From Hyphomicrobiaceae bacterium (GTDB lineage Bacteria > Pseudomonadota > Alphaproteobacteria > Rhizobiales > Aestuariivirgaceae): a DNA stretch of 64,000 nucleotides. Positions within the stretch are counted from its first letter, which is position 1; every line of letters starts with the position of its first letter. Where the stretch lies: assembly GCA_900298995.1 (NCBI GenBank), contig OMIC01000032.1, forward strand, positions 4,254 through 68,253, given 5' to 3'. This document shows positions 14,122 to 23,572 of this stretch, piece after piece. The translations under genes were made by a program, and so were the position numbers. The notes under the pieces are model-generated. The model saw only the letters and a list, made by a program, of their open reading frames with translations, was not told the origin of the DNA and did no database searches.

Positions 14122-14835
14122 ATGGCGAGTTTTGTTCTTGGCCTGGTGATTGTCGTGGGTGGCTGGTGGTTGATAAAGGCCTTCGCCAATGCCCAGCCAG
14201 CGCAGGTCCGAGGTCTGATCCGCAAGGTCGGCGGAGGGGTGGTGATAGCCTTTGCCGGATTGATGGCGTTGCGCGGCCAGATCAATCTTGCGATGCCGCT
14301 GTTCCTGCTTGGACTTGGCCTGTTCGGGCAGCAAGCGGTATTCCCAAATGGCATGCCATGGCAAAAGAAGAGCCCGGGCCAACGCTCTCGGGTGAGCACG
14401 CAATTGCTGAGCATGGAACTCGACCATGACTCAGGAACGATGGATGGGCAGGTTCTCGTCGGGCCCCTGAAGGGGCGTCGGCTGTCCAGCCTCACACTCT
14501 CTGAAGCGCAGGCCGTGCACGCCCAGTGCGCAAGCGTGGGCGATCAGAGCCGGGCCCTGTTCGAGGCCTGGATCCAGCGTTGTCATCCCGAGTGGCGCGC
14601 GCAATGGACAGACGATACGGGGCGCGCGTCATCGGGGGCCTCATCCCAGAAGATGACCCGTCCTGAAGCCTTGGCCATTCTCGGGCTTCGGGAGGGGGCG
14701 GGACCCGACGACATTCGTGCGGCGCATCGTCGGCTCATGAAGAATGTCCATCCCGACCTCGGAGGATCGGACTATCTGGCTGCCAAGATCAACGAAGCCA
14801 AATCATTCCTGCTTCAGGACGGACCAAGGGTCTGA
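14122..14835 (+). CDS. Membrane-anchored J-domain (DnaJ-like) protein
   Basis: 237 aa. Hydrophobic N-terminal segments (FVLGLVIVVGGWWLI, VVIAFAGLMAL, MPLFLLGLGLF). C-terminal J domain with an HPD motif (ILGL...IRAAHRRLMKNVHPDLGGSDYLAAKINEAK). GGAG RBS. Confidence 0.85.
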   Translation: MASFVLGLVIVVGGWWLIKAFANAQPAQVRGLIRKVGGGVVIAFAGLMALRGQINLAMPLFLLGLGLFGQQAVFPNGMPWQKKSPGQRSRVSTQLLSMELDHDSGTMDGQVLVGPLKGRRLSSLTLSEAQAVHAQCASVGDQSRALFEAWIQRCHPEWRAQWTDDTGRASSGASSQKMTRPEALAILGLREGAGPDDIRAAHRRLMKNVHPDLGGSDYLAAKINEAKSFLLQDGPRV

Positions 14836-16388
14836 CACGGCGTATTCTTGGCCTTTATCGCCTTGCATGCGGCAGCAGCTGTGCTTTGGTCGAAGCCGGT
14901 GAACCGCGCCCGGAAGGTCACATTGCCGTCCTTCTCGACCATGACGGTCTGGGCAGTTTTCCCTGCAACGGCATCCGGCGTCCGTTTGCGCATCAGTTGG
15001 AGCACGGCCTGGGCATCCTTCTTGGTCGCATAGTCACCCAGCGTGATCGTCCAGCCTGTGTCCTGCGGCGGTGTTATGGATGCTACCTGTGCCTGATCCG
15101 CGAGTTGCTGTTCAGGTGTCTTGACCACGGAGGGCGTGTCTGCGGGCGCTGTGCCTTGGGCTTCCGTCGATTCCTCAGACGGCTGCGGCACGGTTTCAAC
15201 GGCCGACGCACTCGTTTTGCTATCGGGAGCGGGTTGACTCTGGCCTGGATCAGCCGCGGGGGCTTGCTGAGAGCCAGCAACTTCAGCCGCCAGTGCACCG
15301 ATGCTGTCTTCATCCTCGGCCTGCGCAGGTTCGGCGGATTCCTCGGCGCTGGCGGCAGTGGCCGCAACGTCCTTCTTCTTCTGAGGCTTGTCTTTCTTTT
15401 TGACCGGCTTCTTGGGGGCGGGTGCCGTTTGCTGGACTGCGGCTACGTTTGCGTCGGGAGCGTCAGGCTGAACCTCCTCGACGGGCACAGCACCCTTGGC
15501 GGAACCGGCATAGGCAGCAACCGTCTTGCCTGCCTTAGCCTCATCAAAGTGCTCGCTCAGCATCTTTTTCATGTAGGTGTCACGGCTGGCACCGGTGCGC
15601 CCGCCCATGACCACGCCGACGAGGCGCTTGTCACCACGGCGGACGGATGACACGAGGTTGAAGCCCGACGCATTGATGAAGCCTGTCTTGATGCCGTCGG
15701 TGCCTTCGTAGCTGCCGAGAAGTCGATTATGGCCCTTGATGGTGCGTCCCTGAAAAACGAAGCTTCGGGTACGGAAATAAGGGTAGTACTGCGGGAAGTC
15801 CCGCATGAGCCGCAGACCGAGCGTTGCCATGTCACGGGCAGTGGTGACCTGGGCCGGGTTGGGCAGACCAGAAGCGTTCGCGAAGGTAGTGCGCGACATA
15901 CCGATGGCGCGCGCGGTGGTTGTCATCCGCTTGGCGAAGGCCTTTTCGGTCCCCGAGATAGTCTCGGCCACAGCAGCAGCGACATCATTTGCCGATTTGA
16001 CTACGAGCGCCTGAATGGCAGTTTCAACGGTGATCGTGCCACCCGCCCTGATTCCCAGTTTTGACGGCGCCATGCCGGTAGCCCGAGCTGAGACAGTGAT
16101 ATTCGATTGGAGCCCCAACCGACCCGCCTTCAGTTCCTCGAAGAGAATGTAGAGGGTCATCATCTTGGTGAGCGAGGCGGGATGGCGCATGCCATCCGGG
16201 TCCTGCGCATACAGAACCTCTCCCGTGCGGGCATCTACGGTCATTGCTGAGAATTTGGGAGCGGCCGTCACGTCGTCGGCCGACAGGCTGACTCCGGAAA
16301 CAGCCAGCAGCATCGCCAGAACGCTACCCAAAATGGCCCTGCGAACCCTAGCGGACAGCGATACCCTGGCAAATCTCCACGACGTCAT
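14814..16388 (-). CDS. Serine-type D-Ala-D-Ala carboxypeptidase (PBP5 class) fused to a C-terminal SPOR domain
   Basis: Signal/anchor region LGSVLAMLLAVSGVSLSA. Motifs SLTK (SxxK), SAND (SxN) and KTGF (KTG). A long P/A/E/Q/K-rich linker follows. The C-terminal SPOR-like module reads GWTITLGDYATKKDAQAVL...FRARFTGF. Confidence 0.9.
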   Translation of the reverse strand: MTSWRFARVSLSARVRRAILGSVLAMLLAVSGVSLSADDVTAAPKFSAMTVDARTGEVLYAQDPDGMRHPASLTKMMTLYILFEELKAGRLGLQSNITVSARATGMAPSKLGIRAGGTITVETAIQALVVKSANDVAAAVAETISGTEKAFAKRMTTTARAIGMSRTTFANASGLPNPAQVTTARDMATLGLRLMRDFPQYYPYFRTRSFVFQGRTIKGHNRLLGSYEGTDGIKTGFINASGFNLVSSVRRGDKRLVGVVMGGRTGASRDTYMKKMLSEHFDEAKAGKTVAAYAGSAKGAVPVEEVQPDAPDANVAAVQQTAPAPKKPVKKKDKPQKKKDVAATAASAEESAEPAQAEDEDSIGALAAEVAGSQQAPAADPGQSQPAPDSKTSASAVETVPQPSEESTEAQGTAPADTPSVVKTPEQQLADQAQVASITPPQDTGWTITLGDYATKKDAQAVLQLMRKRTPDAVAGKTAQTVMVEKDGNVTFRARFTGFDQSTAAAACKAIKAKNTPCQTLGPS

Positions 16389-16542
16389 CTCGACTCCACC
16401 TGCGAGGCCAACCCGAAAGCGGGGCGTTCCTTAACACATTGGCTTTCCATCAGCCACCCCGGCGAACCAGCCGTTTTCCCTGTTCCCAGACCCACGTTAG
16501 CAGGGAGTAAATCCGTTCTGCCGCCGTATATCGAAAGAAATG

Positions 16543-16590
16543 GTGCAGTGCAAAATATCGATTGACAATCATGCTGCGCTGCACATATCA
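16543..16590 (+). promoter_or_regulatory. Candidate phasin promoter with flanking TGC-rich inverted repeat (PhaR-type operator candidate)
   Basis: GTGCAGTGCA (16543-16552) and TGCGCTGCAC (16575-16584) are inverted repeats matching at 9/10 positions. They bracket TTGACA (16562-16567). A CATATC-like -10 lies about 16-17 nt downstream. The phasin ATG is at 16617. Confidence 0.45.
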
Positions 16591-16616
16591 GAAGTATCGC
16601 CATAGGGAGTTCCACG

Positions 16617-16961
16617 ATGATGAAGTCTTTTGAAGAGTTCCAGACGTTCGGCAAGGATGGCTTTGAGGCCTGCGTTGCTTCAACCAATGCCCTGAACAAG
16701 GGTTTTCAGGCTATCGCTCAGGAAGCCGCAGAGTTCTCGCGCAAATCGTTCGAGAAGGGCACAGCTGCTTTCGAGAAGCTGGCCGCCGCCAAGTCCTTCG
16801 ACAAGGCCATTGAAGCTCACCAGTCTTTCGCCAAGGAGAGCTACGAGCACCTCGTTGCTCAGATGAGCAAGATGAACGAGCTCTACATGAGCACGGCCAA
16901 GGAAGCCTACAAGCCCTTCGAGGCTTCGATGGCGGCCTTCGGCGTCAAGGCACCGAAGTAA
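16617..16961 (+). CDS. Phasin family protein (PHA granule-associated)
   Basis: 114 aa, A/E/K-rich and helical. The N-terminal FEEFQTFGKDGFEA...NALNKGFQAIAQE is typical of alphaproteobacterial phasins. GGGAG RBS. Confidence 0.85.
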   Translation: MMKSFEEFQTFGKDGFEACVASTNALNKGFQAIAQEAAEFSRKSFEKGTAAFEKLAAAKSFDKAIEAHQSFAKESYEHLVAQMSKMNELYMSTAKEAYKPFEASMAAFGVKAPK

Positions 16962-16997
16962 AGAGCGCCGCACTCGAGACAGCGGTTGACGGTATGG

Positions 16998-17027
16998 GAA
17001 GCCCGTGCGCTCCGGCGCTCGGGCTTC
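16998..17027. terminator. Hairpin between convergent phasin and xthA genes (probable bidirectional terminator)
   Basis: GAAGCCCGTGCGC-TCCG-GCGCTCGGGCTTC forms a 13-bp stem with one mismatch. The flanking U-tracts are weak. Confidence 0.5.
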
Positions 17028-17028
17028 G

Positions 17029-17811
17029 TCATTTGATGGTAATCATCACCGGTACGTGGTCCGACGGACGGTCCTGCGCCCGGACATCGCGCATGATTTG
17101 AGCATCTGCCAGAAGATCGGCGGCCTGCGGCGACAGTAAGAGGTGATCGATCCGGATCCCGTTGTTGCGTTGCCACGCACCGGCCTGGTAGTCCCAGAAT
17201 GTATAGAGGCCAGCTTCGTCTCCGTGGATCTGGCGTATGGCATCGGAAAGGCCGAGATTGATCAGATCGCGGAACTTGGAACGGCTTTCGGGCTGATATA
17301 GCGCATCTCCCAGCCATGCCTCGGGGTTTCTGGCATCGCGCGCTTCCGGTATCACGTTGTAGTCACCCGCCAGCACACACGGCTCCTCAAGTTTCAGGAG
17401 ATGACGCACATGGTTTTCGAACCTGTTCATCCAGGCGAGCTTATAGGCGAACTTCTCGGTTCCAATGGGATTTCCGTTCGGAAGGTAGAGCGAAGCCACC
17501 CGCACCACGCCCGACGGGATCGAAAAGACCGCTTCAAGGTAGCGCGCCTGCGAATCAGCCTCGTCACCGGGAAGGCCGCGGCGTACATCCTCTGGCTGCA
17601 TTCGCGACAGGATTGCGACCCCATTGTAGGTTTTCTGTCCATGAACAAGGCAATGGTAGCCCAAATCCTCGAAGGCAGCTGTCGGAAAGGCTGAATCCTC
17701 GCATTTCAGCTCCTGCAGACAGACAATGTCCGGCTTGGCTTCCCGGAACCAGCTGACGGCATTCTCGAGGCGGGCCTTGATGGAATTGACGTTCCAGGTG
17801 GCTATTTTCAT
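17029..17811 (-). CDS. xthA: Exodeoxyribonuclease III
   Basis: MKIATWNVNSIKAR...CLQELK...SDHVPV are hallmarks of the ExoIII/APE family. I used the ATG at 17811. The track start at 17847 adds an R-rich extension. Confidence 0.93.
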   Translation of the reverse strand: MKIATWNVNSIKARLENAVSWFREAKPDIVCLQELKCEDSAFPTAAFEDLGYHCLVHGQKTYNGVAILSRMQPEDVRRGLPGDEADSQARYLEAVFSIPSGVVRVASLYLPNGNPIGTEKFAYKLAWMNRFENHVRHLLKLEEPCVLAGDYNVIPEARDARNPEAWLGDALYQPESRSKFRDLINLGLSDAIRQIHGDEAGLYTFWDYQAGAWQRNNGIRIDHLLLSPQAADLLADAQIMRDVRAQDRPSDHVPVMITIK

Positions 17812-17853
17812 GCAGCGGATGATGCGGCCGCGCGCCGCGCGCCGCAAGTCCTG

Positions 17854-18183
17854 TCAGACCGAGAAGCTGGTGCCGCAGCCGCAGGAGGACGTGGCATTTG
17901 GATTGCGAACCCGGAAGGATTGGCCCATCAGGTCGTCCACAAAGTCAATTTCGGCACCGCTGAGAAATTCCTGACTTACCGCGTCAACCAGTGCCCGAAC
18001 GCCGTCCCTCTCGATCACGAGGTCATCGGCGCCAACTGCGTCTGCAAGCTGGAAATCATACTGGAAACCGGAGCAGCCCCCGCCATTTACGGCAATCCTC
18101 AGCGCGCTCTTGCCAGGTTCCCGGGAAAGAATCTGTCTGATCCGTGCTGCAGCCCGATCGGTAAGGGTGATGGAAACCGTCAT
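17854..18183 (-). CDS. erpA: Iron-sulfur cluster insertion protein (HesB/IscA/ErpA family)
   Basis: 109 aa with GGCSGFQY and the C-terminal CGCGTSF signature. Confidence 0.88.
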   Translation of the reverse strand: MTVSITLTDRAAARIRQILSREPGKSALRIAVNGGGCSGFQYDFQLADAVGADDLVIERDGVRALVDAVSQEFLSGAEIDFVDDLMGQSFRVRNPNATSSCGCGTSFSV

Positions 18184-18230
18184 GGTGATGTATCTTGGGT
18201 CTCAGCAGCGACTTGTCAATGGATTCTCCA

Positions 18231-19427
18231 ATGCAGCGGCATACCGCACCTTACGCCTCTCGTCCGGACCAAAGCCGTGGCCGGGTCGTGCCCGAGCAAG
18301 AGGAGGATTTCCGCACGCCCTTCGCGCGGGACCGCGACCGCATCATTCACTCCCAGGCCTTTCGTCGCCTCAAACACAAGACACAGGTTTTCGTCTATCA
18401 TGAGGGCGATCACTACCGGACCCGCCTGACACACACGATCGAGGTGGCCCAGGTGGCGCGCTCGGTGGCGCGGGCCCTCGGTCTCGACGAAGATCTGGCA
18501 GAGGCCCTGGCGCTTGGGCATGACCTTGGACACACACCCTTCGCACATGCCGGCGAACGGGAGCTTGACGAGTTGATGCGGCCTTACGGCGGTTTCGACC
18601 ACAACGCTCAGTCGCTCCGGGTACTGACCCGTCTCGAGCGACGGTATGCCCGCTTTGATGGGCTGAACCTCAGCTGGGAAACGCTCGAGGGCCTCGTCAA
18701 GCACAATGGCCCCCTCGTAAACGCCGAAGGTGATCCCGTCGGGCGCTATCGCGAAAGGGGTCTGCCCGAAGCCATTGCCGATTATGTGGCAACTCATGAC
18801 CTGGAACTGTCCACCTTTGCATCGGCTGAGGCGCAGGTTGCAGCCATTGCCGATGACATCGCCTACAACGCCCATGACATCGACGACGGGCTGAGGGCAG
18901 GGCTGTTTGGTCTGATTGACCTCGGAGACGTTCCCCTGGTCGGGGAAGCACTCGCGGACGTCCTCAAGCTCTATCCCGATCTTGATCCGGATCGGATGGT
19001 TCATGAAACCGTTCGCCGGGTATTGTCCGGCATGATTTCGGACGTCATCGCCGAGACTGGACGTCGCGCCGTGATCTATCGGCCAGCGTCATCACAGGAC
19101 GTCCGCAACATGGGAGAACCTTTGGTGGCATTCGGTGCGCAGATGCGGGAGAACAATCGAGCACTGCAGGCATTCCTGAATCAACGCATGTATCGTCATG
19201 CGCGGGTCGAGGACATCATGGAACGGGCACGACGTGTCATCCGGGATTTGTTTGACGCCTACATGCGCGATCCCCGGTTGTTGCCTCAGGCCTGGCGTGA
19301 TGGCGCCCCGGACCATTCGAGCGACCGCTATGCGCGCCATGTATGTGATTTCATCGCTGGAATGACGGACCGCTACGCGCTGGCGCAGCACAAGAGCTTG
19401 TTTGACCTTGATCCACTTTTCCGCTAG
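18231..19427 (+). CDS. dgt: dGTP triphosphohydrolase-like HD-domain protein
   Basis: HD domain: [13 protein letters not shown]...[11 protein letters not shown]. The start is ambiguous (TTG 18195, ATG 18219, ATG 18231). I chose 18231 ([18 protein letters not shown]) from typical family N-termini. Confidence 0.85.
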   Translation: MQRHTAPYASRPDQSRGRVVPEQEEDFRTPFARDRDRIIHSQAFRRLKHKTQVFVYHEGDHYRTRLTHTIEVAQVARSVARALGLDEDLAEALALGHDLGHTPFAHAGERELDELMRPYGGFDHNAQSLRVLTRLERRYARFDGLNLSWETLEGLVKHNGPLVNAEGDPVGRYRERGLPEAIADYVATHDLELSTFASAEAQVAAIADDIAYNAHDIDDGLRAGLFGLIDLGDVPLVGEALADVLKLYPDLDPDRMVHETVRRVLSGMISDVIAETGRRAVIYRPASSQDVRNMGEPLVAFGAQMRENNRALQAFLNQRMYRHARVEDIMERARRVIRDLFDAYMRDPRLLPQAWRDGAPDHSSDRYARHVCDFIAGMTDRYALAQHKSLFDLDPLFR

Positions 19428-19466
19428 GGCCCTGCCAAACCGCAATTCAACAACTTAAGTGCCGAC

Positions 19467-21203
19467 ATGAATCTGTTTGCTGAATTCCTGCAGGTCATCC
19501 GCGGGGCAGTGACCGACGTGGCGGCCGCGCAGGATATCGCTGCGCCGCTTGATCTGGCGCGCGTGACGGCCGAGCCACCGCGCGATGCCACGCATGGGGA
19601 CATCGCAACGAACGCGGCGATGGTTATGAACAAGGCCTTCGGAACATCGCCGCGGGCACTCGCCGAGTTGATTGCGGATCGCCTCGCCAAACATGTGGAT
19701 GTCGCTTCGGTTGAGATCGCCGGACCCGGATTCATCAATCTCCGGCTCGTGTCCGGCATATGGCCGCGCGTGCTCACTTCAATACTCGCGCTGGGCGAAT
19801 CCTATGGTCGTTCAGCTATGGGCGGCGGCAGGAAGGCAAATGTAGAATACGTCTCCGCCAACCCGACGGGGCCCCTTCATGTCGGACATGTACGCGGCGC
19901 CGTGTTCGGCGATGCTCTGGCGCAGTTGCTCACCGAGACGGGCTTCGACGTTACCCGCGAATACTATATCAACGATGCCGGTGCGCAGGTTGATGTCCTC
20001 GCGCGTTCGGCATTTCTGCGCTACCGCGAGGCGCTGGGAGAGTCGATCGGAGATATCCCTTCTGGCCTTTACCCGGGGTCCTATCTGAAGCCCGTCGGTG
20101 AGGCCCTTGTCAGGGATTATGGCACGAGCCTGCGTGACAAGCCTGAAAGTGCCTGGTTGCCTGTCGTGCGCGAGGTCACGATGGACATGATGATGGACAT
20201 GATCCGCGCCGATCTGGCGGCATTGAACATCCGTCAGGAGGTGTTCTTCTCCGAAAAATCGCTTCACGAGTCGGGTGCCGTCGCGGAAACGATTGCGGAT
20301 CTTCGTGCGAAAGGACTGGTCTATCAGGGCACGCTGCCGCCCCCCAAGGGCGAGGTTCCGGAGGACTGGGAAGACCGCGAACAGACTCTTTTCCGCGCCA
20401 CGCAGTTCGGCGATGACGTGGATCGGCCACTGCTCAAGTCGGATGGCGCCTACACGTACTTCGCCTCTGACGTGGCCTACAGCCGCAACAAGATTGCACG
20501 CGGTTACCGGGAGCTGATCTATGTGCTCGGCGCTGATCATGCGGGCTATGTGAAGCGTCTGGAGGCCATTGCGCGCGCGCTGGCCGGCGACGATCAGGTC
20601 GACGTCGTCGTCAGGCTCTGCCAACTCGTGAAGCTGTTTCGTGCGGGAGAACCAGTCCGCATGTCGAAGCGGGCGGGCGAGTTCGTGACGCTCCGGGACG
20701 TGGTCGATGAGGTCGGGCCGGATGTCGTGCGTTTCATGATGCTGTTCCGGAAGAACGAGGCACCGCTCGATTTTGACTTCGCCAAGGTGACCGAGCAATC
20801 CAAGGACAATCCTGTCTTCTACGTCCAGTATGCCCATGCCCGCACCTGTTCGGTGATCCGCAACGCTGCGGAGGAGGGCGTGCTTGTCCCAGACAAGGCC
20901 CGTTTTGACCGCCTGGAGGACGATGCCGAGCGCGCGCTGGCCCGCCGTCTGGCGGAGTTCCCGCGCCTCGTGGAGGCCGCCGCGGCGGCGCACGAGCCCC
21001 ACCGGATCGCCTTTTATCTGTTTGACTTGGCGGGCGATTTCCATGCACTATGGAATAAGGGCAAGGACTTGCCGCAATTGCGGTTTATCGTCAAAGAAGA
21101 TGTTGAACTCACCCTCGCACGTGTCGCATTCTTGCGGGCGATTAGGTATGTACTTGCCAATGGGCTTCGGATCCTCGGGGTGACCCCCGCCGAAGAGATG
21201 TAG
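19467..21203 (+). CDS. argS: Arginine--tRNA ligase
   Basis: 578 aa with the class I motifs [12 protein letters not shown] (HIGH) and VRMSKRAG (KMSKS-like). Confidence 0.96.
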   Translation: MNLFAEFLQVIRGAVTDVAAAQDIAAPLDLARVTAEPPRDATHGDIATNAAMVMNKAFGTSPRALAELIADRLAKHVDVASVEIAGPGFINLRLVSGIWPRVLTSILALGESYGRSAMGGGRKANVEYVSANPTGPLHVGHVRGAVFGDALAQLLTETGFDVTREYYINDAGAQVDVLARSAFLRYREALGESIGDIPSGLYPGSYLKPVGEALVRDYGTSLRDKPESAWLPVVREVTMDMMMDMIRADLAALNIRQEVFFSEKSLHESGAVAETIADLRAKGLVYQGTLPPPKGEVPEDWEDREQTLFRATQFGDDVDRPLLKSDGAYTYFASDVAYSRNKIARGYRELIYVLGADHAGYVKRLEAIARALAGDDQVDVVVRLCQLVKLFRAGEPVRMSKRAGEFVTLRDVVDEVGPDVVRFMMLFRKNEAPLDFDFAKVTEQSKDNPVFYVQYAHARTCSVIRNAAEEGVLVPDKARFDRLEDDAERALARRLAEFPRLVEAAAAAHEPHRIAFYLFDLAGDFHALWNKGKDLPQLRFIVKEDVELTLARVAFLRAIRYVLANGLRILGVTPAEEM

Positions 21204-21218
21204 AGGCGTTAAGGTTAG

Positions 21219-23549
21219 ATGGTTCAAGATTCGAGCAGCGGCTCCGGGCCTGACAAGCGGAATTGGCGCGAGCGCCTTGGCATCGGTGCCACGGACATGC
21301 CGAAGTTGTCGGATGAATTCCGTGATGAGCAGCCTGCTGCGGGCGCGGCTCCAGACAGTGCCGTGCGCGCGCCTCAGCCGGTGACCAAGCCTGCGCCCAT
21401 GGCGCCCCGGGTGCCACGGAAGCCCCAGGAACAGGCTCCCGGAGCTTCCGCCGAACGCCCGGCCGTGAGCGTGTCCCGCGCCACGCCGCGTGCCCCGGAC
21501 AATGCTACACAGGACGCGCTGGCGGAGAAGCTCCGTGCCCAGCGCGCGGCCGCCGAGCGGCTCGCTGAGCAAAGAGTTCTCGCTGCCCGCCAGAAGGCCG
21601 AGGGGAAGGCTACGGCGCCGGTTGGTTCCGGCCGGCCCATCACACCGCCGCCCGCTGGACCGCGCCCTGCCGGGGCTCCAGGGGCCGCTGGCCGGCCCCG
21701 GTTCGGATTTGCTGATGACGGACGCAGCTCCACCACCAACGCCGCGGGTGCGCCCCTGACGCCGCCCCGCCCCTCGCTGGGCGGAGAGCGCGGTCAGCCG
21801 CCTTTTCTTCGCCCTTCAACCGGAAATGGTGGCAATGGAGGGCGCAGCCTGACATCCTACCGATCCGGTGAATCTGGAACGGGATATGCCGGTACGCCGC
21901 GGCTGTCCGCCCCCAGTCGCTCTGGACTGGGCGGCGAGGCGGCCGGCTACTCTGGAAACCGTCTGACAGGCCGCCGGGCCTCTTCGACCGACCTCTACGC
22001 CCGCCGTCCCGAAGGCCGAGATCCCGCTTCTCTCGAGGACAATACCGACGACCGCGCGGCGGGTAGGCTTGGCCGTCCGTCTGTTCCGGCAGCACCCGAT
22101 GATCTCAACGAGATTTTCGAGGACGAGCTCACCCAACGGCCACGCGCAACCGCCCGGGACTACCAGTCCGCCTATCAGCAAGGCGATGAGTTCTTCGCTG
22201 ACGAACCGAAGCGGTCAAGCGGGCCATGGCTGTTGCTGCTGGCCTTGCTTGTTGCGGCGATAGCGACAGGTGCCGTTGTCTGGTTCTACAGCGACAGCGT
22301 GCGCAATTTCGCGAATGGGGTGACAGGCATCACCACGAGCGGAGGTTCGCAGACGGTCCCGGTGGTGAACGCGCCCGAAGACCCGAGCAAGGTTGCGCCG
22401 GAAAGTGCCGGTACCGGCGATGGGGCATCACCGGCGGCCCAGAAGAAACAAATCTACGACCGTATCGTCGGCGAGCAGGAGGTCATGGGCGGCCAGGTCC
22501 AGCCGACCGAAGAAACGCCGGTCGCTCCGGGCGACGTGCAACCGGCTGACCAGATACCGCAGGCCCAGCCGGCCGCTGGTTCGGACCAGATTCCCGCGCC
22601 CGACGCGGCCGATCAGACCACGGGCCAGGGGCTCCCCGAGGTTGAGCCTCCGCCTCCGCTTCCCTTGCCTCCCCCGGGAACCGGTCAGGAGGGCAGTCTT
22701 CCAGCAAATCCCGCCGCCCAGGTGGCGGCGGCTTCGGCTCCCCCGGAGCAGGGCGCAACGGCTCCGCCCTTGCCAGCGGCCATCCCTGAAGCAAGCCCGT
22801 CGAGTGCCAACACCCTGCCGCCGCCCCCGGAAAAAGCCACCGACGGGGCGGCACTTGTTTCTGAGACAGCCTCAGCCGTCGACACGGCAGCCATAGACGC
22901 CAAGGTACAGGACGCCACGAAGAACCAGGCGGCGGCGCCGGTACCGGACGCATCCGTACCAGAGGCTGCTGTGCCAGCCGTAACCGAGCCAGAGCCAGCA
23001 CCTCCGCCGAAGAAGAAGGCTGCAACCAAGAAGAAGCCCAAACAGGACTTCAACAATCTCGGCTCGGAACCGGTGGTGCTCGTGCCGCCGTCACAGGCGC
23101 CTGCTGCCGAGGGCGTCGGAACCGCCCCTGTACCCGAGGCGCCCGCTGGCGGCGTGGCCCAACCTCCGGCCGCTGCCAAGAAAAAGACCATCTTCGACAT
23201 CTTCGGCAACTCCGACAGCGCCACGGAACCGGCGGGTACCGAGGTCGTCGCAGTTGAACAACCAGCGCCGCCCAGGGCGGAAACTGCTGGCGGGACCGGC
23301 AGCGGTTATACCATCCAGCTTGCATCCTACCGGAGCCAAGCGGAAGCCAGTGGCGAGTATTCGCGACTCAGCAAGGCCTATCCGGCGGCTGTCGGCCGCC
23401 TCCCGAGCCTGATCCGGGAAACGAGTGTTGCCGGCAGTACCCGCTATCAATTGAGCCTGGGCCCACTCAACTCCCGGGGTGAGGCCACAAAGGTTTGCAG
23501 CGAGCTGATCGCGGGCGGCGAAAGCGACTGCATTGTCCGGGGTCCGTGA
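21219..23549 (+). CDS. SPOR domain-containing membrane protein with long low-complexity regions
   Basis: 776 aa. The N-terminal half is R/P/A/G-rich. There is a single TM (WLLLLALLVAAIATGAVVWFY) followed by a P/A/E/Q-rich periplasmic linker. C-terminal SPOR module: YTIQLASYRSQAEASGEYSRL...YQLSLGPL. Confidence 0.88.
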   Translation: MVQDSSSGSGPDKRNWRERLGIGATDMPKLSDEFRDEQPAAGAAPDSAVRAPQPVTKPAPMAPRVPRKPQEQAPGASAERPAVSVSRATPRAPDNATQDALAEKLRAQRAAAERLAEQRVLAARQKAEGKATAPVGSGRPITPPPAGPRPAGAPGAAGRPRFGFADDGRSSTTNAAGAPLTPPRPSLGGERGQPPFLRPSTGNGGNGGRSLTSYRSGESGTGYAGTPRLSAPSRSGLGGEAAGYSGNRLTGRRASSTDLYARRPEGRDPASLEDNTDDRAAGRLGRPSVPAAPDDLNEIFEDELTQRPRATARDYQSAYQQGDEFFADEPKRSSGPWLLLLALLVAAIATGAVVWFYSDSVRNFANGVTGITTSGGSQTVPVVNAPEDPSKVAPESAGTGDGASPAAQKKQIYDRIVGEQEVMGGQVQPTEETPVAPGDVQPADQIPQAQPAAGSDQIPAPDAADQTTGQGLPEVEPPPPLPLPPPGTGQEGSLPANPAAQVAAASAPPEQGATAPPLPAAIPEASPSSANTLPPPPEKATDGAALVSETASAVDTAAIDAKVQDATKNQAAAPVPDASVPEAAVPAVTEPEPAPPPKKKAATKKKPKQDFNNLGSEPVVLVPPSQAPAAEGVGTAPVPEAPAGGVAQPPAAAKKKTIFDIFGNSDSATEPAGTEVVAVEQPAPPRAETAGGTGSGYTIQLASYRSQAEASGEYSRLSKAYPAAVGRLPSLIRETSVAGSTRYQLSLGPLNSRGEATKVCSELIAGGESDCIVRGP

Positions 23550-23572
23550 CACTCGCCTGACGCACAACGCTC

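Noticed and set aside
14950-15520. Repetitive-looking DNA in the P/A/E-rich linker of the DD-carboxypeptidase, and likewise 21300-23250 in the SPOR protein gene, considered as tandem repeats or CRISPR-like arrays
   Set aside because: There are no regularly spaced identical repeats. The similarity is compositional (GC-rich codons for Pro/Ala/Glu) within a continuous reading frame that ends in a recognisable SPOR domain.
19812-21044. 410-aa minus-strand ORF. Similar long ORFs lie at 45491..46726 and 46522..47505 (plus strand).
   Set aside because: They are antisense to argS, pyrC' and pyrB respectively. None has a recognisable domain, and the sense strands carry class-I tRNA synthetase, amidohydrolase and ATCase motifs.
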